Source of the DNA: Fidelibacterota bacterium
GTDB taxonomy: Bacteria > Fidelibacterota > Marinisomatia > Marinisomatales > Marinisomataceae
NCBI GenBank assembly: GCA_045560235.1
Contig: JBJKZP010000008.1
Coordinates: 76,148 to 140,147 of the forward strand
Reading direction: 5' to 3'
DNA: 64,000 bases
Shown here: positions 57,080-64,000 of the stretch, one piece after another
How the letters are laid out: each line of letters opens with the position of its first letter
Numbering within the stretch: position 1 is the stretch's first letter
Program-made: the position numbers and the translations under genes
The notes under the pieces: model-generated
What the model saw: the letters and a program-made list of their open reading frames with translations, nothing else
Database searches by the model: none
Told to the model about the DNA's origin: nothing

Positions 57080-58821
57080 TGAGAAGAATAGCACAAGAAA
57101 CAATCAATAGAGTTTTAGAAGAGGTAGATATCTTTGATGTTATTTCTCAATATGTTGATCTCAAAAAAAGAGGCAGAAATTATTTTGGATTAAGCCCTTT
57201 TCGTTCTGAGACTAAACCATCATTTAGCGTTGCTCCAGAAAAAAATATGTGGTATGATTTTGGTTCAGGTCAAGGGGGTAATGCTGTTCAATTTTTAATT
57301 GAATATGAAAAGATTAGTTTTTCTGAAGCGATCCGTTCATTAGCTGAAAAGCATAACATTGAAATAATTGAAGTAGGGGATGAACAGCAGAGCAATCTTT
57401 ATGATCAATTATACGAGATACATAATCTTGCATATTTATTCTTTTCAAATAATCTTAAGTCATCAGCTGGTAAACAAGCTACAAAATATTTAAATGATCG
57501 TTTTTTTGATAAATCAATTATAGAAAAATTTAATATTGGATTTGCATCAGACTCATGGGACAAGCTTTACAAAGAATTGAATCAAAAATTTGATAACGAG
57601 GTTATTGAAAAATCAGGACTATTTTCTAATGGGAAAAAAGGGTTTCTAGATAGATTTAGAAACAGAATTATGTTTCCTTTTTATAGCCCATCAGGCAAGG
57701 TGATTGGTTTTAGCGGTAGAAGCTTATCTGACAAAGAAGATGTTAAGTATTTAAATTCACCGGAAACGTTACTATTCCAAAAGAGTAAAGTTTTTTATGG
57801 ATCATATCAAACAATGCCTGAAATAAGGAGACAAAACTATGTTTTATTGGTAGAGGGTCAAACTGATTTTCTTCGATTGTATGAGAAGGGGTTTAAAAAT
57901 GTTTTAGCTACTTCAGGAACTGCATTTTCTTCTAAGCATGCAAATGCATTAGGGAAGTACACTAACAGAGTCATTCTTGCATATGATTCTGATAGCGCTG
58001 GAGTAAATGCTGCAATTAGAACAGGATATATTTTGTTACAAAATGGTTTTGAAGTTCGCGTATTAGATTTGGGAGAAGGATTAGACCCAGACGATTATTT
58101 TAAACTCAAAGATAATAGCAAGCAGACCTTCAGAGCGTTGATTAAAAATGCTGTTCACCCGATTAGTTTCATTATAAATAAAAAAAATATTCTTTCATTA
58201 GGTGCTTCTGATATATCCAAATTTCTTAATGAATGTATTGAAGAAATAAAATTAGTTAAAGATGTTATTATTAGAAATGATTTAGTTAAGCGCTTATCAA
58301 GTGAGTTAGGCGTGATAGAGTCAGAGGTGATGAACAGATTTGAAGAGTTAAAACCAAAAAGAAGGTATACTCAAAAAAATGAAAAAGATGATCAATCGTC
58401 CATTAGACATTATGACTCAAAGTCAGACAAGGCGCAGTTAGAAATATTAAAACTTTTGATTCACAATTCCTCTCTAGCTAAAAAGGTTCCTCTTTCATTG
58501 CTAGACAATAAGCTCTGCTACAATATTATAAAAACAATTAAAGACAATTCTGAAAATTATAGTAATGTAGCTCAATTGCTTGAATTTATAGGCGATAGTC
58601 CTGAGGAAAGAAACTTGGTTGCATCATTAGCTGTGGATAAACCAGAAAAAGATAATGAGCACACTATATTAACTGATTGTATAAGAACATTAGAAAACAT
58701 TTCTATTCAAAATAAAATTGATACTATTAGGAATGAAATTCGAATTGTCGAAGACAATAATCAACCTCTAGATAAAAATTTACTTCAACAGCTAGAAGAG
58801 CTCCGAAAAAAAGTTAAGTAA
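57079..58821 (+). CDS. dnaG: DNA primase
   Basis: 580 aa. Zinc-finger-region counterpart (GLSPFRSETKPSFSV; see note in rejected list), RIMFP, TOPRIM LVEGQTDFL...YDSDSAG. TAATG overlap with cvpA. Confidence 0.95.
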   Translation: MRRIAQETINRVLEEVDIFDVISQYVDLKKRGRNYFGLSPFRSETKPSFSVAPEKNMWYDFGSGQGGNAVQFLIEYEKISFSEAIRSLAEKHNIEIIEVGDEQQSNLYDQLYEIHNLAYLFFSNNLKSSAGKQATKYLNDRFFDKSIIEKFNIGFASDSWDKLYKELNQKFDNEVIEKSGLFSNGKKGFLDRFRNRIMFPFYSPSGKVIGFSGRSLSDKEDVKYLNSPETLLFQKSKVFYGSYQTMPEIRRQNYVLLVEGQTDFLRLYEKGFKNVLATSGTAFSSKHANALGKYTNRVILAYDSDSAGVNAAIRTGYILLQNGFEVRVLDLGEGLDPDDYFKLKDNSKQTFRALIKNAVHPISFIINKKNILSLGASDISKFLNECIEEIKLVKDVIIRNDLVKRLSSELGVIESEVMNRFEELKPKRRYTQKNEKDDQSSIRHYDSKSDKAQLEILKLLIHNSSLAKKVPLSLLDNKLCYNIIKTIKDNSENYSNVAQLLEFIGDSPEERNLVASLAVDKPEKDNEHTILTDCIRTLENISIQNKIDTIRNEIRIVEDNNQPLDKNLLQQLEELRKKVK

Positions 58822-58856
58822 AACAAAAACCCTCCTTAATAAGGAGGGTTTTTGTT
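58822..58856. terminator. Bidirectional rho-independent terminator between dnaG and the TonB-dependent receptor
   Basis: Perfect 17+17 nt inverted repeat AACAAAAACCCTCCTTA-A-TAAGGAGGGTTTTTGTT, with GC core CCCTCC/GGAGGG. A-run on one side and T-run on the other, so it can terminate both convergent transcripts. Confidence 0.8.
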
Positions 58857-58879
58857 AATAAATAAGGACTTTATTCAGT

Positions 58880-61576
58880 TTAATAACTGATTGAAACACC
58901 TAGATTATAACGCTTAGGCGCACCTAAACGAACTCTAAGATCTCCAACATCTCCAGATCCATCATAAGCATCAACAAAATCACCGACATATAGTTCGTCA
59001 GTAGCATTAAACATTGAGTAATTAAATGTTACATCTTTGTCCATAATTTCCATTGAATAGCTTAATTGTAGATTATAGATAGTTGTTCTTTCAGTTTCAT
59101 AAGCATCCTCAGCAAAGGTATTCCCTTCGCCTAGTAAAAATGCTAAATCCTGAATAGCACCATCATAACCCCATCTTGGGTATTGTTTAGCAAATGATTC
59201 TGCTTCAACAGAAGCTTTTAATCTGTTAAAGAAACCAGTTACCATAAGTACTGTTTGAGATTGTGGAGCACCTGAAATCATAACATCTTTTACAAATAAC
59301 TCGAAAGTTTCAGAACTATCGTCATCTCCTTCAATTTCATTGTATGTGTATGTTAAGTCATCAGTAAATCTCCAGTCACTTTCATGACCTCTAAGATCAA
59401 TTCTCAATACTGGAATAGGTTGGTATGCAATTGAATACTCAAACCCTTTGTGTAGCTCATTTAATCCTGTAATACTAAAGAAGGATTCTGTGCCATCAAG
59501 AGCTTCTGATGTACCGCTTTGATTTCTGTCAGCCCATAGAGCGTAGTAATAATTCATACTACCAGCCCACTGACCATCAAGAGATTTAAATCTAGCACCA
59601 ACATCAAACCAAGTTGCTTTCTCATTTTCAAATTCTGAGTTTTTAACCATATTCACATCATCAATTAATTTATCAAGAGATGGAGTCATGTGTGAGTAAC
59701 TAACGTTACCAAACAACTGCCATGTATCATCTAATGCTCTGCTTCCACCAACTTTCATTTGGTATCCAGTCTCCGCATCAGCTCTAATTAATAAATTATC
59801 AAGAGTGAAGTGATCTTGTGCTGAATATTTAGCACTTGTTAAACCTAACATTGCGAAAGTATTACTACCTGCACCGTCATCCCAGTTAGCTTGCACGTAA
59901 CCACCTAGCCAATCAACAGTATTTGTGTTGTCATAGTATAGTTTGTCTCCAAGCGTTCTGTTTCTTTGACTGTCTGTCCAGTTAGGATTTGAAGAGTTGT
60001 AGAAAAAGTCTCCACCAAGTAGATCATAGACCTCTCTATAGTGTTCAACTTTTGCAGTTCTAACATCAAGACCATATGTCATAGATAATGTTTCATTCAT
60101 TTCATGCTCTAATTTAGACATAACTCCAAAGGTGTATTGGTTGTTTCTACTACCTCTTAAAACACCTCTAGATTGATAGCCTAGGCCATCTACCCATTGA
60201 GCATCGGACATATTACGTGCAATAGTTGCATCGTAATCTCTTGTGCCATTATCTCCCCAAAGGATAGAACCAGCAGAACCAGAACCACCACCTTCACCAC
60301 CTGAATAATAGAATGATGTAGCCATGTTCATTGAATTATTTAAATTTGAATACCAATTCATCTGAACAATCGGTTTATGGAAATAATTATTTCTTTCATT
60401 AATCATGTTAGGATCATGTTGGTCAATAGTTCTATTGTTCCAACCATCAAATGGCACCCAACTAGAAACAGCTCTTTTACCATGATATGGTGTTTCAAGA
60501 TAGTCTGCTCTTGGGTTATAGTCTAAGCCACGCTCTGTTCTGCTTGCAATATCAGCTTCAGAAACTCCCATAGATCTAGCTAACTCGTGACTATAATCGG
60601 CAATACGATTATTCCAAAAGTTTTGTCCATGAAATTGAGGAGAACCTAATGCAATAAATTCTAAACGATTATCATCGCTAATTGAATAAGATGCATTAAA
60701 GTAATAAGACCATGCATCTGAATAAGTACCATGAGCAAAAAGCTTATCAGCAGTTCTTCGTGAAGCTGAGGCCATAATTGCTAGTTTATCATCCATTAGC
60801 AGTCCTGTATGTAAAGTTACAGAAGTTTTTAAATAGTTATATTCTCCAACTTCCTGTTTTACAACAACTCCAGCTTCAGTTTGTGCAGGTGCACTCATAA
60901 AGTTTACCACACCACCTAAACTTGGGGTTGCTAGATTAACGGATCCTGCTCCTCTTTGTACCTGAACAACAGATGCAACATCAGCAAGTACACTCCAATT
61001 AGAGAAGTATAAATTACCGTTTTCCATGTCATTCATAGGAACACCGTTAATTAAATAAGATGTATAACGATCGTCAAACCCACGAACGTAAACATTTTCA
61101 TCATCCCAACCACCACCATTTTCAACATAAACATTTGGTAGGGTTGATAAGGCATTTGGCAATCCACGACCACCTAATCTGAAATCAATGTCAGCTTTGG
61201 TCATTTCGTTAAAAGGGATTGCATCGGTATTGTCTACACGATCAGCAAGTACTTCAACTCCGCCTAACGCGACAGAAGCTGATTCTAATGTAAAGTTTGC
61301 AGATGCGTTAGAATCTGAAACTCTTACACTCATACTTGAAGATTTGTAACCAACCACGCTAGCTGTTACTGTGTAGGCACCGTTAGGAACGTTTACTGAG
61401 TATCCACCATTTAAAGTAGCAGCAGCACCTAAAACAGTTCCTTCAACCACAACATTTGCCCCTGGCAAAGCATTACCATCTGCGTCTGTAACAGACCCAG
61501 AGATATTACCTTGACCAAAGAGAGCGCCAGATATCATAATAATACCAAATAGCGCACCAAGAATCGAACGATTCAT
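58880..61576 (-). CDS. TonB-dependent outer-membrane receptor with N-terminal carboxypeptidase-regulatory-like domain
   Basis: The track ORF reaches 61606. I prefer ATG 61576 (MNRSILGALFGIIMISGALFGQ signal) with AAGGAG 7 nt upstream. GSVTDADGNALPGANVVVEGT...YTVTASVVGY (CarbopepD_reg), plug (VQVQRGAGS), long barrel ending in an aromatic residue (..VSISY). Confidence 0.9.
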   Translation of the reverse strand: MNRSILGALFGIIMISGALFGQGNISGSVTDADGNALPGANVVVEGTVLGAAATLNGGYSVNVPNGAYTVTASVVGYKSSSMSVRVSDSNASANFTLESASVALGGVEVLADRVDNTDAIPFNEMTKADIDFRLGGRGLPNALSTLPNVYVENGGGWDDENVYVRGFDDRYTSYLINGVPMNDMENGNLYFSNWSVLADVASVVQVQRGAGSVNLATPSLGGVVNFMSAPAQTEAGVVVKQEVGEYNYLKTSVTLHTGLLMDDKLAIMASASRRTADKLFAHGTYSDAWSYYFNASYSISDDNRLEFIALGSPQFHGQNFWNNRIADYSHELARSMGVSEADIASRTERGLDYNPRADYLETPYHGKRAVSSWVPFDGWNNRTIDQHDPNMINERNNYFHKPIVQMNWYSNLNNSMNMATSFYYSGGEGGGSGSAGSILWGDNGTRDYDATIARNMSDAQWVDGLGYQSRGVLRGSRNNQYTFGVMSKLEHEMNETLSMTYGLDVRTAKVEHYREVYDLLGGDFFYNSSNPNWTDSQRNRTLGDKLYYDNTNTVDWLGGYVQANWDDGAGSNTFAMLGLTSAKYSAQDHFTLDNLLIRADAETGYQMKVGGSRALDDTWQLFGNVSYSHMTPSLDKLIDDVNMVKNSEFENEKATWFDVGARFKSLDGQWAGSMNYYYALWADRNQSGTSEALDGTESFFSITGLNELHKGFEYSIAYQPIPVLRIDLRGHESDWRFTDDLTYTYNEIEGDDDSSETFELFVKDVMISGAPQSQTVLMVTGFFNRLKASVEAESFAKQYPRWGYDGAIQDLAFLLGEGNTFAEDAYETERTTIYNLQLSYSMEIMDKDVTFNYSMFNATDELYVGDFVDAYDGSGDVGDLRVRLGAPKRYNLGVSISY

Positions 61577-61624
61577 AGTTAACTCCTTTTTCTCGGTTAT
61601 CTTCATATATTAATATATTAACTT

Positions 61625-61646
61625 AAGGATACACGCGTGTATCCTT
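61625..61646. promoter_or_regulatory. Perfect 22-bp palindrome AAGGATACACGCGTGTATCCTT (candidate operator or 5'-UTR hairpin of the receptor gene)
   Basis: I checked base by base that it equals its own reverse complement. It is a GC-rich core in a very AT-rich spacer, about 48 nt upstream of the preferred receptor start. The function is inferred. Confidence 0.4.
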
Positions 61647-61650
61647 CGCA

Positions 61651-61679
61651 AATATCAGCTATTTAAACCAATTTTGCAA
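61651..61679 (-). promoter_or_regulatory. Sigma70-like promoter candidate for the receptor gene (TTGCAA-N17-GATATT on the minus strand)
   Basis: -35 TTGCAA at 61679-61674, a 17-nt spacer, and -10 GATATT at 61656-61651. The palindrome begins 4 nt downstream of the -10. This is pattern match only, and the promoter consensus of this lineage is unknown. Confidence 0.3.
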
Positions 61680-61855
61680 ACTTTAATTGGCATTTTAAAA
61701 ATTCATATTATCGTCAGCAAAAGATTTTAATTTAATTTGTTAATATTTAATGAATAAAATAAAATAGATTTAAGAATTTTAATCAACTTCAAAAACAATT
61801 GTTAGTTTAAGATTGCATCCTTATTTTGCATCCTAAGAATTAGTTTTGATACAAT

Positions 61856-62785
61856 ATGAATCAAGAAAAAAACACTAAGTATGTCGTAACTGGCGGAGCA
61901 GGATTTATTGGTAGTAATTTAGTAGATCTCCTAATCGATAAAAATATAGAAGTACATGTTATCGACAACTTTATATCAGGGAAAAAAGAGAATTGCAATT
62001 CGAAAGCTCTATACCACAAATTAGATTTGTCAGATAGCTCTAATTTCGAAGATATCAAATCTATATTAAAAAATTGCGATGGAGTTTTCCATTTGGCTGC
62101 ATTAGCTAGAGTGCAAGAATCAATAGACAATCCACTGCATTTTGAAAAAAATAATACTTTAAGCACAATAAATATTTTGAAAGCTTGTGCTGACATGGGT
62201 GTTAAGCGTTTAGTGTACAGTGCATCATCTTCTGCTTATGGCGACACTTCAAAGCTCCCGTCACTTGAGCATGATCCAATTAATCCTATTTCGCCCTATG
62301 CAATGCAGAAATATTATGGAGAAGTATGCTGTAAAACATTTTCAAATGTTTATGGAATACAAACTGTATCTTTGAGATATTTTAATGTTTATGGAGAAAG
62401 GCAAAATATGGACGGAGGGTATCCTTTGGTTATGTGTGTTTTTGCAAAACAAAGATTAAATAATCAGCCATTGACAATAAGGGGAGATGGAGAACAGCGT
62501 AGAGACTTTACTCATGTTTATGATATTGCTAGAGCTAATTATTTTGCTATGAAATCAAGCAAGGTGGGCGCTGGTGAAGTTATTAATATAGGTAACAACG
62601 ATAGCAAGTCTGTGAATGAAATTGCTGATTTAATAGGAGGCCCAACGACTAAAATTGACCCAGTTATTGAACCAAGAGAAACTTTAGCTGACAATTCAAA
62701 AGCTTTAGATTTATTAGGCTGGGAACCAACAATTGATATTGAAGACTGGGTACCAAAATATAAAAAGGATTTAGGGATACAATGA
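61856..62785 (+). CDS. NAD-dependent sugar-nucleotide epimerase/dehydratase (GalE/WbpP-like extended SDR)
   Basis: 309 aa. VTGGAGFIGSNLVD, SSSAYG, YAMQKYYGE (Y-x3-K), RYFNVYG. Confidence 0.85.
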   Translation: MNQEKNTKYVVTGGAGFIGSNLVDLLIDKNIEVHVIDNFISGKKENCNSKALYHKLDLSDSSNFEDIKSILKNCDGVFHLAALARVQESIDNPLHFEKNNTLSTINILKACADMGVKRLVYSASSSAYGDTSKLPSLEHDPINPISPYAMQKYYGEVCCKTFSNVYGIQTVSLRYFNVYGERQNMDGGYPLVMCVFAKQRLNNQPLTIRGDGEQRRDFTHVYDIARANYFAMKSSKVGAGEVINIGNNDSKSVNEIADLIGGPTTKIDPVIEPRETLADNSKALDLLGWEPTIDIEDWVPKYKKDLGIQ

Positions 62786-63810
62786 GAAAAAGAATTTTAA
62801 TTACAGGCGGCGCAGGATTTATTGCACACCATGTGATTGACAAAGTAATGTCTTCAACTGACTGGGATATTGTTACTTTAGATAGATTAGATTTTAGTGG
62901 TAATCTTAATAGATTAAATGAAGTTGTATCAGCTTACCCTGAAAAAGAACGAATGAGAGTAAAGGTTGTTCATCATGATTTAAAATCTGAAATAAATCCT
63001 GAAATATCAAAAACTATTGGCGATATTGACTTTATTGCCCATTTAGCTGCTGGATCTCATGTTGACCGATCAATAACCTATCCATTAGAATTTGTAATGG
63101 ATAATGTTGTAGGCACTGCAAATATTTTAGATTTTGCTAGAAAATATGATAATGGAATTGAACAGTTTGTTTATTTTAGTACGGATGAAGTTTTTGGTCC
63201 AGCACCTAATGGTATTTCGTATAAAGAGAATGATAGATATAATTCAACCAATCCTTATTCTGCATCAAAAGCCGGAGGAGAGGAATTAGTAGTTGCTTAC
63301 CATAACACATATAATTTACCTGCTATTATTACTCATACAATGAATGTTTTTGGGGAAAGACAAAATCCTGAAAAATATATACCTATGGTTATAAAAAAAG
63401 TTAGAGACAACGAAAAAGTTACTGTGCATGCAAATCCAGAAAAAACTCAAGCAGGTTCAAGGCATTATATTCATGCAGAAGATGTAGCCGAAGCCTTACT
63501 TTTTTTATATGATTATGATATGTCTTTGTTTTCTGAAGATAAAACAGGAGCCAAGTGCCAAAAATTTAATATTGTTGGAAAAGATGAAATAGATAATTTA
63601 TCATTAGCAAAATTTATTGCTGAAGTTCAAAATAAAGACCTATTGTTTGATATGGTTGATTTTCATTCTCAGCGACCAGGTCATGATTTAAGATATGCTT
63701 TAGATGGATCTAAAATGAAAGAAATGGGTTGGGAGCCACACTCAGCATATAACAGACTTAAAGATACTATAGAATGGACTTTAAAAAATGATAGATGGCT
63801 CAAAATATAA
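62782..63810 (+). CDS. rfbB: dTDP-glucose 4,6-dehydratase-like extended SDR
   Basis: 342 aa. ITGGAGFIAHHV, STDEVFG, YSASKAGGE, RPGHDLRYALDGSKMKEMGWEP. ATGA overlap with the upstream gene. Confidence 0.78.
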   Translation: MRKRILITGGAGFIAHHVIDKVMSSTDWDIVTLDRLDFSGNLNRLNEVVSAYPEKERMRVKVVHHDLKSEINPEISKTIGDIDFIAHLAAGSHVDRSITYPLEFVMDNVVGTANILDFARKYDNGIEQFVYFSTDEVFGPAPNGISYKENDRYNSTNPYSASKAGGEELVVAYHNTYNLPAIITHTMNVFGERQNPEKYIPMVIKKVRDNEKVTVHANPEKTQAGSRHYIHAEDVAEALLFLYDYDMSLFSEDKTGAKCQKFNIVGKDEIDNLSLAKFIAEVQNKDLLFDMVDFHSQRPGHDLRYALDGSKMKEMGWEPHSAYNRLKDTIEWTLKNDRWLKI

Positions 63811-63847
63811 TATTTGTACAATCTCATATATAAGGTAAATTATTGTA

Positions 63848-64000
63848 ATGAATTATAAATACATCTTAACAGTCTTGCTTTTTTCATTATCTATATCCCA
63901 AGTTTCTGTTTCAGATATAGAATCAATGACAAATAATAAAATTGATCAAATGATTGATGACCTTAAAGATCAATCTCAAAAAGAAGTGTCTTTAGATGTA
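63848..64000 (+). CDS. Secreted protein, N-terminal fragment (runs off the right edge)
   Basis: Not in the ORF track. ATG 63848 gives MNYKYILTVLLFSLSISQVSVSDIESMTNNKIDQMIDDLKDQSQKEVSLDV..., a signal-peptide-like start downstream of nucleotide-sugar genes. Function unknown. Confidence 0.4.
   Translation, partial: MNYKYILTVLLFSLSISQVSVSDIESMTNNKIDQMIDDLKDQSQKEVSLDV

Noticed and set aside
57079-57300. Missing zinc-finger cysteines in DnaG (the N-terminal region reads GLSPFRSETKPSFSV, and I did not see the usual CPFH..K.PSF Cys/His set)
   Set aside because: I noticed this while writing the motif. Without an alignment I cannot tell whether the CHC2 ligands are truly lost or only shifted. The rest of the primase (RNA-polymerase and TOPRIM domains) is canonical. 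It may be worth an alignment check but is not claimed as a finding.
61841-61848. TAgtTTTG matching the Bacteroidetes -7 promoter motif (TAnnTTTG) in front of the GalE-like gene
   Set aside because: It lies only 8 nt from the ATG. The nearest upstream TTTG is at the wrong spacing for a -33 element. Several genes here have AAGGAG-type RBSs, which makes a Bacteroidia-style expression system doubtful.
1-64000. CRISPR arrays, IS elements, integrases, toxin-antitoxin pairs and known defence systems
   Set aside because: I saw no regularly spaced repeats, no transposase- or integrase-like translations and no characteristic defence-gene motifs in any listed ORF or in the intergenic DNA I read.

Overview
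This is a compact, AT-rich, almost fully coding stretch of bacterial core genome. I see no rRNA, CRISPR array, transposase, integrase or recognisable defence island. All calls come from reading the supplied translations and the DNA; no searches were run.

The gene content points to a Gram-negative, probably marine, FCB-superphylum-like organism. The evidence is a three-subunit SdhCAB/Frd, a TonB-dependent receptor with a carboxypeptidase-regulatory-like N-domain, a Cys-less Mrp, and tonB-exbD-exbD-exbB. AAGGAG-type ribosome binding sites and an unfused lpxC/fabZ argue against classical Bacteroidia, so Marinimicrobia-like is only a guess.

Main blocks:
- Central carbon and energy genes: ALDH, ppdK, sdhCAB.
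- tonB-exbDDB next to lpxB-DUF374-lpxK.
- A 12-kb same-strand run: uvrA-ruvB-queA-ispDF-ispE-tRNA-Gln-prs-ctc-pth-hppA-rpsF-rpsR-rplI.
- Lrp plus a type II glutamine synthetase.
- A 10-kb envelope supercluster: fdx-mrp-uppS-bamA-skp-lpxD-lpxC-fabZ-lpxA-dxr-rseP.
- nfeD-floA-adk-coaE.
- yqeY-cvpA-dnaG.
- An orphan TonB-dependent receptor, followed by nucleotide-sugar genes.

I did not find a convincing multi-gene novel system. The best leads are:
- a DNA-methyltransferase look-alike with degenerate catalytic and SAM motifs, sitting in the dnaG operon next to a divergent guanidino-modifying-fold enzyme;
- an orphan 144-aa coiled-coil/4-Cys ORF;
- a perfect 22-bp palindrome at a promoter-like site upstream of the receptor;
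- a MutY with a near-intact MutT Nudix box;
- a cysteine-free Mrp;
- hppA translationally coupled into the pth/rpsF operon;
- an edge ORF missing from the ORF track.
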